Shown: positions 24,710 through 37,822 of the stretch, piece by piece
Position numbering within the stretch: the first letter of the stretch is position 1
Layout: each line of letters starts with the position of its first letter
Origin: Auanema rhodensis
Lineage: Eukaryota > Animalia > Nematoda
NCBI GenBank assembly: GCA_964057225.1
Contig: OZ059897.1
Location: 10,912,001-10,976,000 of the forward strand
DNA: 64,000 nt
Reading direction: 5' to 3'
Notes under the pieces: generated by a model
Seen by the model: only the letters and a program-made list of their open reading frames with translations
Told to the model about the DNA's origin: nothing
Databases searched by the model: none
Made by a program: the position numbers and the translations under genes

Positions 24710-26133
24710 AATTAGAATTTTCATGTTGTCACACAGAAATTGAAGAATCTTTGTTCAATTCAGTAACAACGAACACACTAACTTTGTTAAGTTGTTGTAT
24801 TATCGGCCCAAGTAATATAGTGGTTAGTACTCCACGTTGTGGCCGTGGCGACACAGGTTCGATTCCTGTCTTGGGCATATTTTGTTTTGAAATTTAAATG
24901 CTATAAAATTATTGCTTGCTTGTCATGTTAGATTTGTTTAATTCAAATACTTATTTAAGTTCCAACAATTTTCGATTAAATCACGTTCATTTAACTGTAT
25001 TGTTTTCAAAAATAAAGACAAAATTCAATTTCTGTTCGTTGAATTAGAATTTTCATGTTGTCACACAGAAATTGAAGAATCTTAGTTCAATTCAGTAACA
25101 ATGAACACACTAACTTTGTTAAGTTGTTGTAATATCGGCCCAAGTAATATAGTGGTTAGTACTCCACGTTGTGGCCGTGGCGACACAGATTCGATTCCTG
25201 TTTTGGGCATTTTTTGTTTTGAAATTTAAATGCTATAAAATTATTGCTTGCTTGTCATGTTAGATTTGTTTAATTCAAATACTTATTTAAGTTCTAACAA
25301 TTTTTGATTCAATCACGTTCAATTAACTGTATTGTTTTCAAAAATAAAGACATCTTTCAATTTCTGGTCATTGATTTAGAATTTTCATGTTGTCACACAG
25401 AAATTGAAGATTCTTAGTTCAATTCAGTAACAATGAACACACTAACTTTGTTAAGTTGTTGTGATATCGGCCCAAGTAATATAGTGGTTAGTACTCCACG
25501 TTGTGGCCGTGGCGACACAGATTCGATTCCTGTCTTGGGCATTTTTTGTTTTGAAATTAAAATGCTACAAAATTATTGCTTGCTTGTCATGTTAGATTTC
25601 TTTAATTTGAATACTTATTCAAGTTATAACAATTTTTGATTTAATCACGTTCAATCAACTGTATTGTTTTCAAAAATAAAGACAAAATTCAATTTCTGTT
25701 CATTGATTTAGAATTTTCATGTTGTCACACAGAAATTGAAGATTCTTAGTTCAATTCAGTAACAATGAACACACTAACTTTGTTAAGTTGTTGTGATATC
25801 GGCCCAAGTAATATAGTGGTTAGTACTCCACGTTGTGGCCGTGGCGACACAGGTTCGATTCCTGTCTTGGGCATTTTTTGTTTTGAAATTAAAATGCTAC
25901 AAAATTATTGCTTGCTTGTCATGTTAGATTTCTTTAATTTGAATACTTATTCAAGTTATAACAATTTTTGATTTGATCACGTTCAATCAACTGTATTGTT
26001 TTCAAAAATAAAGACAAAATTCAATTTCTGTTCATTGAATTAGAATTTTCATGTTGTCACACAGAAATTGAAGAATCTTAGTTCAATTCAGTAACAATGA
26101 ACAGAATAACTTTGTTTAGTTGTTGTAATATCG

Positions 26134-26205
26134 GCCCAAGTAGTATAGTGGTTAGTACTCCACGTTGTGGCCGTGGCGACACAGGTTCGATTCCTGTCTT
26201 GGGCA
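26134..26205 (+). tRNA. tRNA-His: tRNA-His(GUG), canonical copy
   Basis: Same sequence as the 7800 copy. Confidence 0.93.
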
Positions 26206-27793
26206 TTTTTTGTTTTGAAATTAAAATGCTACAAAATTATTGCTTGTTTGTCATGTTAGATTTCTTTAATTTGAATACTTATTTAAGTTATAACAATTTT
26301 CAATTTAATCACGTTCAATCAACTGTATTGTTTTCAAAAATAAAGACAAAATTCAATTTCTGTTCATTGAATTAGAATTTTCATGTTGTCACACAGAAAT
26401 TGAAGAATCTTAGTTCAATTCAGTAACAACGAACACACTAACTTTGTTAAGTTGTTGTATTATCGGCCCAAGTAATATAGTGGTTAGTACTCCACGTTGT
26501 GGCCGTGGCGACACAGGTTCGATTCCTGTCTTGGGCATATTTTGTTTTGAAATTTAAATGCTATAAAATTATTGCTTGCTTGTCATGTTAGATTTGTTTA
26601 ATTCAAATACTTATTTAAGTTCCAACAATTTTCGATTAAATCACGTTCATTTAACTGTATTGTTTTCAAAAATAAAGACAAAATTCAATTTCTGTTCGTT
26701 GAATTAGAATTTTCATGTTGTCACACAGAAATTGAAGAATCTTAGTTCAATTCAGTAACAATGAACACACTAACTTTGTTAAGTTGTTGTAATATCGGCC
26801 CAAGTAATATAGTGGTTAGCACTCCACGTTGTGGCCGTGGCGACACAGATTCGATTCCTGTTTTGGGCATTTTTTGTTTTGAAATTTAAATGCTATAAAA
26901 TTATTGCTTGCTTGTCATGTTAGATTTGTTTAATTCAAATACTTATTTAAGTTCCAACAATTTTCGATTGAATCACGTTCATTTAACTGTATTGTTTTCA
27001 AAAATAAAGACAAAATTCAATTTCTGTTCGTTGAATTAGAATTTTCATGTTGTCACACAGAAATTGAAGAATCTTAGTTCAATTCAGTAACAACGAACAC
27101 ACTAACTTTGTTAAGTTGTTGTAATATCGGCCCAAGTAATATAGTGGTTAGTACTCCACGTTGTGGCCGTGGCGACACAGATTCGATTCCTGTTTTGGGC
27201 ATTTTTTGTTTTGAAATTTAAATGCTATAAAATTATTGCTTGCTTGTCATGTTAGATTTGTTTAATTCAAATACTTATTTAAGTTCCAACAATTTTCGAT
27301 TAAATCACGTTCATTTAACTGTATTGTTTTCAAAAATAAAGACAAAATTCAATTTCTGTTCGTTGAATTAGAATTTTCATGTTGTCACACAGAAATTGAA
27401 GAATCTTAGTTCATTTCAGTAACAATGAACACACTAACTTTGTTAAGTTGTTGTAATATCGGCCCAAGTAGTATAGTGGTTAGTACTCCACGTTGTGGCC
27501 GTGGCGACACAGATTCGATTCCTGTTTTGGGCATTTTTTGTTTTGAATTTTAAATGCTATAAAATTATTGCTTGCTTGTCATGTTAGATTTGTTTAATTC
27601 AAATACTTATTTAAGTTCCAACAATTTTCGATTAAATCACGTTCATTTAACTGTATTGTTTTCAAAAATAAAAACAAAATTCAATTTCTGTTCGTTGAAT
27701 TAGAATTTTCATGTTGTCACACAGAAATTGAAGAATCTTAGTTCATTTCAGTAACAATGAACACACTAACTTTGTTAAGTTGTTGTAATATCG

Positions 27794-27865
27794 GCCCAAG
27801 TAGTATAGTGGTTAGTACTCCACGTTGTGGCCGTGGCGACACAGGTTCGATTCCTGTCTTGGGCA
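27794..27865 (+). tRNA. tRNA-His: tRNA-His(GUG), canonical copy
   Basis: Same sequence as the 7800 copy. Confidence 0.93.
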
Positions 27866-28361
27866 TTTTTTGTTTTGAAATTAAAATGCTATAAACATAT
27901 TGCTTGCTTGTCATGTTAGATTTGTTTAATTCAAATACTTATTTAAGTTCTAACAATTTTCGATTTAATCACGTTCAATCAACTGTATTGTTTTCAAAAA
28001 TAAAGACATCTTTCAATTTCTGGTCATTGAATTAGAATTTTCATGTTGTCACACAGAAATTGAAGAATCTTAGTTCAATTCAGTAACAATGAACACACTA
28101 ACTTTGTTAAGTTGTTGTGATATCGGCCCAAGTAATATAGTGGTTAGTACTCCACGTTGTGGCCGTGGCGACACAGGTTCGATTCCTGTCTTGGGCATTT
28201 TTTGTTTTGAAATTAAAATGCTACAAAATTATTGCTTGCTTGTCATGTTAGATTTCTTTAATTTGAATACTTATTTAAGTTATAACAATTTTCAATTTAA
28301 TCACGTTCAATCAACTGTATTGTTTTCAAAAATAAAGACAAAATTCAATTTCTGTTCATTG

Positions 28362-28622
28362 TCACTGATATTTTACTTCAACCATATAAAAGACTCAAAT
28401 ACCGAGTTACATTCTAGAATTTTCACTATCAAAAAGTTTTCTCACTCCCTTCGTAGGCACCAATGGAATATCGACTTTCCTAATCTTCGAAAAAACGCAT
28501 CAAGAAATGGAATCGAATACAGAGCGATCAAGACATGGAATTCCTTACCCGACAACTTGATTAACCTTGAGGAAACCAAAAGCTTCAGAAAACACCTCTA
28601 CAATACTCTACAAACTCCATAA
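28362..28622 (+). pseudogene. LINE ORF2 C-terminal remnant, copy 2
   Basis: Identical translation in the ORF track. Confidence 0.75.
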
Positions 28623-29099
28623 TGTGATCTAAATAATTAATACGAGTGTTAATTTGTTCATTTTTCATTTTGTTAATTATTTCTCTTTCCATAGTCATAA
28701 CCTTGTTCTGTTTTTCTGTTCGTGACAATTGGCAACAGTTTCCTATTTTCATCCCTTCTTTACTCCTTTGTTACTTCGTTTCATATCTTATAGACATGAG
28801 TCATACGGATTGAACGCAAGTTATCTCCTATTGTTAGAACGGGCTCGGCTCAACTTATGAGTACCTCCGTACCTAACAACTACCAACAGGAGATCAGCTT
28901 TTATGCTGAACAAACCCCCTGTTTTCTGAAAAAAAAAGGAACTGCCTACAAATATTCACTCTCAGTTTAACTTATTATTTTTATCCACCCTTCATTTTTT
29001 TTTCAATGTTCTTATTGTATGGCTCTTACTCATGTAACTTCTCATTTGTACTAATACCGTTTAGCCTGTAATACTGAACAATAAACCAATAAACGTGTA
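28362..29099 (+). mobile_element. CR1/L2-like LINE 3' end, copy 2 (apparently identical to copy 1)
   Basis: Same junctions and, by eye, the same sequence as 23972-24709. Confidence 0.8.
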
Positions 29100-30523
29100 A
29101 ATTAGAATTTTCATGTTGTCACACAGAAATTGAAGAATCTTTGTTCAATTCAGTAACAACGAACACACTAACTTTGTTAAGTTGTTGTATTATCGGCCCA
29201 AGTAATATAGTGGTTAGTACTCCACGTTGTGGCCGTGGCGACACAGGTTCGATTCCTGTCTTGGGCATATTTTGTTTTGAAATTTAAATGCTATAAAATT
29301 ATTGCTTGCTTGTCATGTTAGATTTGTTTAATTCAAATACTTATTTAAGTTCCAACAATTTTCGATTAAATCACGTTCATTTAACTGTATTGTTTTCAAA
29401 AATAAAGACAAAATTCAATTTCTGTTCGTTGAATTAGAATTTTCATGTTGTCACACAGAAATTGAAGAATCTTAGTTCAATTCAGTAACAATGAACACAC
29501 TAACTTTGTTAAGTTGTTGTAATATCGGCCCAAGTAATATAGTGGTTAGTACTCCACGTTGTGGCCGTGGCGACACAGATTCGATTCCTGTTTTGGGCAT
29601 TTTTTGTTTTGAAATTTAAATGCTATAAAATTATTGCTTGCTTGTCATGTTAGATTTGTTTAATTCAAATACTTATTTAAGTTCTAACAATTTTTGATTC
29701 AATCACGTTCAATTAACTGTATTGTTTTCAAAAATAAAGACATCTTTCAATTTCTGGTCATTGATTTAGAATTTTCATGTTGTCACACAGAAATTGAAGA
29801 TTCTTAGTTCAATTCAGTAACAATGAACACACTAACTTTGTTAAGTTGTTGTGATATCGGCCCAAGTAATATAGTGGTTAGTACTCCACGTTGTGGCCGT
29901 GGCGACACAGATTCGATTCCTGTCTTGGGCATTTTTTGTTTTGAAATTAAAATGCTACAAAATTATTGCTTGCTTGTCATGTTAGATTTCTTTAATTTGA
30001 ATACTTATTCAAGTTATAACAATTTTTGATTTAATCACGTTCAATCAACTGTATTGTTTTCAAAAATAAAGACAAAATTCAATTTCTGTTCATTGATTTA
30101 GAATTTTCATGTTGTCACACAGAAATTGAAGATTCTTAGTTCAATTCAGTAACAATGAACACACTAACTTTGTTAAGTTGTTGTGATATCGGCCCAAGTA
30201 ATATAGTGGTTAGTACTCCACGTTGTGGCCGTGGCGACACAGGTTCGATTCCTGTCTTGGGCATTTTTTGTTTTGAAATTAAAATGCTACAAAATTATTG
30301 CTTGCTTGTCATGTTAGATTTCTTTAATTTGAATACTTATTCAAGTTATAACAATTTTTGATTTGATCACGTTCAATCAACTGTATTGTTTTCAAAAATA
30401 AAGACAAAATTCAATTTCTGTTCATTGAATTAGAATTTTCATGTTGTCACACAGAAATTGAAGAATCTTAGTTCAATTCAGTAACAATGAACAGAATAAC
30501 TTTGTTTAGTTGTTGTAATATCG

Positions 30524-30595
30524 GCCCAAGTAGTATAGTGGTTAGTACTCCACGTTGTGGCCGTGGCGACACAGGTTCGATTCCTGTCTTGGGCA
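30524..30595 (+). tRNA. tRNA-His: tRNA-His(GUG), canonical copy
   Basis: Same sequence as the 7800 copy. Confidence 0.93.
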
Positions 30596-32183
30596 TTTTT
30601 TGTTTTGAAATTAAAATGCTACAAAATTATTGCTTGTTTGTCATGTTAGATTTCTTTAATTTGAATACTTATTTAAGTTATAACAATTTTCAATTTAATC
30701 ACGTTCAATCAACTGTATTGTTTTCAAAAATAAAGACAAAATTCAATTTCTGTTCATTGAATTAGAATTTTCATGTTGTCACACAGAAATTGAAGAATCT
30801 TAGTTCAATTCAGTAACAACGAACACACTAACTTTGTTAAGTTGTTGTATTATCGGCCCAAGTAATATAGTGGTTAGTACTCCACGTTGTGGCCGTGGCG
30901 ACACAGGTTCGATTCCTGTCTTGGGCATATTTTGTTTTGAAATTTAAATGCTATAAAATTATTGCTTGCTTGTCATGTTAGATTTGTTTAATTCAAATAC
31001 TTATTTAAGTTCCAACAATTTTCGATTAAATCACGTTCATTTAACTGTATTGTTTTCAAAAATAAAGACAAAATTCAATTTCTGTTCGTTGAATTAGAAT
31101 TTTCATGTTGTCACACAGAAATTGAAGAATCTTAGTTCAATTCAGTAACAATGAACACACTAACTTTGTTAAGTTGTTGTAATATCGGCCCAAGTAATAT
31201 AGTGGTTAGCACTCCACGTTGTGGCCGTGGCGACACAGATTCGATTCCTGTTTTGGGCATTTTTTGTTTTGAAATTTAAATGCTATAAAATTATTGCTTG
31301 CTTGTCATGTTAGATTTGTTTAATTCAAATACTTATTTAAGTTCCAACAATTTTCGATTGAATCACGTTCATTTAACTGTATTGTTTTCAAAAATAAAGA
31401 CAAAATTCAATTTCTGTTCGTTGAATTAGAATTTTCATGTTGTCACACAGAAATTGAAGAATCTTAGTTCAATTCAGTAACAACGAACACACTAACTTTG
31501 TTAAGTTGTTGTAATATCGGCCCAAGTAATATAGTGGTTAGTACTCCACGTTGTGGCCGTGGCGACACAGATTCGATTCCTGTTTTGGGCATTTTTTGTT
31601 TTGAAATTTAAATGCTATAAAATTATTGCTTGCTTGTCATGTTAGATTTGTTTAATTCAAATACTTATTTAAGTTCCAACAATTTTCGATTAAATCACGT
31701 TCATTTAACTGTATTGTTTTCAAAAATAAAGACAAAATTCAATTTCTGTTCGTTGAATTAGAATTTTCATGTTGTCACACAGAAATTGAAGAATCTTAGT
31801 TCATTTCAGTAACAATGAACACACTAACTTTGTTAAGTTGTTGTAATATCGGCCCAAGTAGTATAGTGGTTAGTACTCCACGTTGTGGCCGTGGCGACAC
31901 AGATTCGATTCCTGTTTTGGGCATTTTTTGTTTTGAATTTTAAATGCTATAAAATTATTGCTTGCTTGTCATGTTAGATTTGTTTAATTCAAATACTTAT
32001 TTAAGTTCCAACAATTTTCGATTAAATCACGTTCATTTAACTGTATTGTTTTCAAAAATAAAAACAAAATTCAATTTCTGTTCGTTGAATTAGAATTTTC
32101 ATGTTGTCACACAGAAATTGAAGAATCTTAGTTCATTTCAGTAACAATGAACACACTAACTTTGTTGAGTTGTTGTAATATCG

Positions 32184-32255
32184 GCCCAAGTAGTATAGTG
32201 GTTAGTACTCCACGTTGTGGCCGTGGCGACACAGGTTCGATTCCTGTCTTGGGCA
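32184..32255 (+). tRNA. tRNA-His: tRNA-His(GUG), canonical copy
   Basis: Same sequence as the 7800 copy. Confidence 0.93.
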
Positions 32256-33102
32256 TTTTTTGTTTTGAAATTAAAATGCTATAAACATATTGCTTGCTTG
32301 TCATGTTAGATTTGTTTAATTCAAATACTTATTTAAGTTCTAACAATTTTCGATTTAATCACGTTCAATCAACTGTATTGTTTTCAAAAATAAAGACATC
32401 TTTCAATTTCTGGTCATTGAATTAGAATTTTCATGTTGTCACACAGAAATTGAAGAATCTTAGTTTAATTCAGTAACAATGAACACACTAACTTTGTTAA
32501 GTTGTTGTAATATCGGCCCAAGTGATATAGTGGTTAGTACTCCACGTTGTGGCCGTGGAGACACAGATTCGATTCCTGTCTTGGGCATTTTTTGTTTTGA
32601 AATTAAAATGCTATAAACATATTGCTTGCTTGTCATGTTAGATTTCTTTAATTCAAATACTTATTTAAGTTCTAACAATTTTTGATTTAATCACGTTCAA
32701 TTAACTGTATTGGTTTCAAAAATAAAGACATCTTTCAATTTCTGGTCATTGATTTAGAATTTTCATGTTGTCACACAGAAATTGAAGATTCTTAGTTCAA
32801 TTCAGTAACAATGAACACACTAACTTTGTTAAGTTGTTGTGATATCGGCCCAAGTAATATAGTGGTTAGTACTCCACGTTGTGGCCGTGGCGACACAGAT
32901 TCGATTCCTGTCTTGGGCATTTTTTGTTTTGAAATTAATATGCTACAAAATTATTGCTTGCTTGTCATGTTAGATTTGTTTAATTCAAATACTTATTTAA
33001 GTTCTAACAATTTTTGATTTAATCACGTTAAATTAACTGTATTGTTTTCAAAAATAAAGACAAAATTCAATTTCTGTTCGTTGAATTAGAATTGTAATAT
33101 CG

Positions 33103-33174
33103 GCCCAAGTAATATAGTGATTAGTACTCCACGTTGTGGCCGTGGCGACACAGGTTCGATTCCTGTCTTGGGCA
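33103..33174 (+). pseudogene. tRNA-His copy lacking 77 bp of 5' flank, with G10A and D-loop GG>GA
   Basis: Spacing from the previous copy is 255 bp; reads GAATTAGAATTGTAATATC and ATAGTGATTAG. Confidence 0.85.
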
Positions 33175-35758
33175 TTTTTTGTTTTGAAATTTAAATGCTA
33201 TAAAATTATTGCTTGCTTGTCATGTTAGATTTCTTTAATTCAAATACTTATTTAAGTTCTAACAATTTTTGATTTAATCACGTTCAATTAACTGTATTGT
33301 TTTCAAAAATAAAGACAAAATTCAATTTCTGTTCGTTGAATTAGAATTTTCATGTTGTCACACAGAAATTGAAAAATCTTAGTTCAATTCAGTAACAATG
33401 AACACACTAACTTTGTTAAGTTGTTGTAATATCGGCCCAAGTAATATAGTGGTTAGTACTCCACGTTGTGGCCGTGGCGACACAGATTCGATTTCTGTTT
33501 TGGGCATTTTTTGTTTTGAAATTTAAATGCTATAAAATTATTGCTTGCTTGTCATGTTAGATTTGTTTAATTCAAATACTTATTTAAGTTCCAACAATTT
33601 TCGATTAAATCACGTTCATTTAACTGTATTGTTTTCAAAAATAAAGACAAAATTCAATTTCTGGTCATTGAATTAGAATTTTCATGTTGTCACACAGAAA
33701 TTGAAGAATCTTAGTTCAATTCAGTAACAATGAACACACTAACTTTGTTAAGTTGTTGTAATATCGGCCCAAGTAATATAGTGGTTAGTACTCCACGTTG
33801 TGGCCGTGGAGACACAGATTCGATTCCTGTCTTGGGCATTTTTTGTTTTGAAATTAAAATGCTATAAACATATTGCTTGCTTGTCATGTTAGATTTCTTT
33901 AATTCAAATACTTATTTAAGTTCTAACAATTTTTGATTTAATCACGTTCAATTAACTGTATTGTTTTCAAAAATAAAGACATCTTTCAATTTCTGGTCAT
34001 TGATTTAGAATTTTCATGTTGTCACACAGAAATTGAAGATTCTTAGTTCAATTCAGTAACAATGAACACACTAACTTTGTTAAGTTGTTGTGATATCGGC
34101 CCAAGTAATATAGTGGTTAGTACTCCACGTTGTGGCCGTGGCGACACAGATTCGATTCCTGTCTTGGGCATTTTTTGTTTTGAAATTAAAATGCTACAAA
34201 ATTATTGCTTGCTTGTCATGTTAGATTTCTTTAATTTGAATACTTATTCAAGTTATAACAATTTTCGATTTAATCACGTTCAATCAACTGTATTGTTTTT
34301 GAAAATAAAGACAAAATTCAATTTCTGGTCATTGAATTAGAATTTTCATGTTGTCACACAGAAATTGAAGAATCTTAGTTCAAGTCAGTAACAATGAACA
34401 CACTAACTTTGTTAAGTTGTTGTAATATCGGCCCAAGTAATATAGTGGTTAGTACTCCACGTTGTGGCCGTGGCGACACAGATTCGATTCCTGTCTTGGG
34501 CATTTTTTGTTTTGAAATTTAAATGCTATAAAATTATTGCTTGCTTGTCATGTTAGATTTCTTTAATTCAAATACTTATTTAAGTTCTAACAATTTTTGA
34601 TTCAATCACGTTCAATTAACTGTATTGTTTTCAAAAATAAAGACATCTTTCAATTTCTGGTCATTGATTTAGAATTTTCATGTTGTCACACAGAAATTGA
34701 AGATTCTTAGTTCAATTCAGTAACAATGAACACACTAACTTTGTTAAGTTGTTGTGATATCGGCCCAAGTAATATAGTGGTTAGTACTCCACGTTGTGGC
34801 CGTGGCGACACAGATTCGATTCCTGTCTTGGACATTTTTTGTTTTGAAATTAAAATGCTACAAAATTATTGCTTGCTTGTCATGTTAGATTTCTTTAATT
34901 TGAATACTTATTCAAGTTATAACAATTTTTGATTTAATCACGTTCAATCAACTGTATTGTTTTCAAAAATAAAGACAAAATTCAATTTCTGTTCATTGAA
35001 TTAGAATTATCATGTTGTCACACAGAAATTGAAGAATCTTAGTTCAATTCAGTAACAATGAACAGAATAACTTTGTTTAGTTGTTGTACTATCGGCCCAA
35101 GTAGTATAGTGGTTAGTACTCCACGTTGTGGCCGTGGCGACACAGGTTCTATTCCTGTCTTGGGCATTTTTTGTTTTGAAATTAAAATGCTATAAACATA
35201 TTGCTTGCTTGTCATGTTAGATTTCTTTAATTCAAATACTTATTTAAGTTCTAACAATTTTTGATTTAATCACGTTCAATCAACTGTATTGTTTTCAAAA
35301 ATGAAGACAAAATTCAATTTCTGTTCATTGAATTAGAATTTTCATGTTGTCACACAGAAATTGAAGAATCTTAGTTCATTTCAGTAACAATGAACAGAAT
35401 AACTTTGTTTAGTTGTTGTAATATCGGCCCAAGTAGTATAGTGGTTAGTACTCCACGTTGTGGCCGTGGCGACACAGATTCGATTCCTGTCTTGGGCATT
35501 TTTTGTTTTGAAATTAAAATGCTACAAAATTATTGCTTGCTTGTCATGTTAGATTTCTTTAATTTGAATACTTATTTAAGTTATAACAATTTTCGATTTA
35601 ATCACGTTCAATCAACTGTATTGTTTTCAAAAATAAAGACAAAATTCAATTTCTGTTCATTGAATTAGAATTTTCATGTTGTCACACAGAAATTGAAGAA
35701 TCTTAGTTCATTTCAGTAACAATGAACAGAATAACTTTGTTTAGTTGTTGTAATATCG

Positions 35759-35830
35759 GCCCAAGTAGTATAGTGGTTAGTACTCCACGTTGTGGCCGTG
35801 GCGACACAGGTTCGATTCCTGTCTTGGGCA
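35759..35830 (+). tRNA. tRNA-His: tRNA-His(GUG), canonical copy
   Basis: Same sequence as the 7800 copy. Confidence 0.93.
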
Positions 35831-37750
35831 TTTTTTGTTTTGAAATTAAAATGCTATAAACATATTGCTTGCTTGTCATGTTAGATTTCTTTAATTCAAA
35901 TACTTATTTAAGTTCTAACAATTTTTGATTTAATCACGTTCAATCAACTGTATTGTTTTCAAAAATAAAGACAAAATTCAATTTCTGTTCATTGAATTAG
36001 AGTTTTCATGTTGTCACACAGAAATTGAAGAATCTTAGTTCAATTCAGTAACAATGAACACACTAACTTTGTTAAGTTGGTGTAATATCGGCCCAAGTAA
36101 TATAGTGGTTAGTACTTCACGTTGTGGCCGTGGCGACACAGGTTCGATTCCTGTCTTGGGCATTTTTTGTTTTGAAATTAAAATGCTATAAACATATTGC
36201 TTGCTTGTCATGTTAGATTTCTTTAATTCAAATACTTATTTAAGTTCTAACAATTTTTGATTTAATCACGTTCAATTAACTGTATTGTTTTCAAAAATAA
36301 AGACATCTTTCAATTTCTGGTCATTGAATTAGAATTTTCATGTTGTCACACAGAAATTGAAGAATCTTAGTTCAATTCAGTAACAATGAACACACTAACT
36401 TTGTTAAGTTGTTGTAATATCGGCCCAAGTAATATAGTGGTTAGTACTCCACGTTGTGGCCGTGGCGACACAGATTCGATTCCTGTCTTGGGCATTTTTT
36501 GTTTTGAAATTAAAATGCTACAAAATTATTGCTTGCTTGTCATGTTAGATTTTTTTAATTTGAATACTTATTTAAGTTATAACACTTTTCGATTTAATCA
36601 CGTTCAATCAACTGTATTGTTTTCAAAAATAAAGACAAAATTCAATTTCTGTTCATTGAATTAGAATTTTCATGTTGTCACACAGAAATTGAAGAATCTT
36701 AGTTCATTTCAGTAACAATGAACAGAATAACTTTGTTTAGTTGTTGTAATATCGGCCCAAGTAGTATAGTGGTTAGTACTCCACGTTGTGGCCGTGGCGA
36801 CACAGATTCGATTCCTGTTTTGGGCATTTTTTGTTTTGAAATTTAAATGCTATAAAATTATTGCTTGCTTGTCATGTTAGATTTGTTTAATTCAAATACT
36901 TATTTAAGTTCCAACAATTTTCGATTAAATCACGTTCATTTAACTGTATTGTTTTCAAAAATAAAGACAAAATTCAATTTCTGTTCGTTGAATTAGAATT
37001 TTCATGTTGTCACACAGAAATTGAAGAATCTTAGTTCAATTCAGTAACAACGAACACACTAACTTTGTTAAGTTGTTGTAATATCGGCCCAAGTAATATA
37101 GTGGTTAGTACTCCACGTTGTGGCCGTGGCGACACAGATTCGATTCCTGTTTTGGGCATTTTTTGTTTTGAAATTTAAATGCTATAAAATTATTGCTTGC
37201 TTGTCATGTTAGATTTGTTTAATTCAAATACTTATTTAAGTTCCAACAATTTTCGATTAAATCACGTTCTTTTAACTGTATTGTTTTCAAAAATAAAGAC
37301 AAAATTCAATTTCTGTTCGTTGAATTAGAGTTTTCATGTTGTCACACAGAAATTGAAGAATCTTAGTTCAATTCAGTAACAACGAACACACTAACTTTGT
37401 TAAGTTGTTGTAATATCGGCCCAAGTAATATAGTGGTTAGTACTCCACGTTGTGGCCGTGGCGACACAGATTCGATTCCTGTTTTGGGCATTTTTTGTTT
37501 TGAAATTTAAATGCTATAAAATTATTGCTTGCTTGTCATGTTAGATTTTTTTAATTTGAATACTTATTCAAGTTTTAACAATTTTGGATTTAATCACAAT
37601 CAATCAACTGTATTGTTTTCAAAAATAAAGACAAAATTCAATTTCTGTTCATTGAATTAGAATTTTCATGTTGTCACACAGAAATTGAAGAATCTTAGTT
37701 CATTTCAGTAACAATGAACAGAATAACTTTGTTTAGTTGTTGTAATATCG

Positions 37751-37822
37751 GCCCAAGTAGTATAGTGGTTAGTACTCCACGTTGTGGCCGTGGCGACACA
37801 GGTTCGATTCCTGTCTTGGGCA
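37751..37822 (+). tRNA. tRNA-His: tRNA-His(GUG), canonical copy
   Basis: Same sequence as the 7800 copy. Confidence 0.93.

Larger units (their letters stand above)
23750..32500 (+). repeat. Recent tandem duplication with 4390-bp period (11 monomers + LINE)
   Basis: 4390 = 11x332 + 738. Private variants (TTAGCACTCC, GATTTGATCAC, TGAATTTTAAA, AAAACAAAAT) recur at a 4390 offset. Boundaries are approximate. Confidence 0.92.

Noticed and set aside
23972-29099. The two 738-bp direct repeats as LTRs, or as two independent site-specific insertions
   Set aside because: They lack TG...CA ends, enclose only array monomers, and share 5' truncation points and flanking private SNPs, which indicates segmental duplication.
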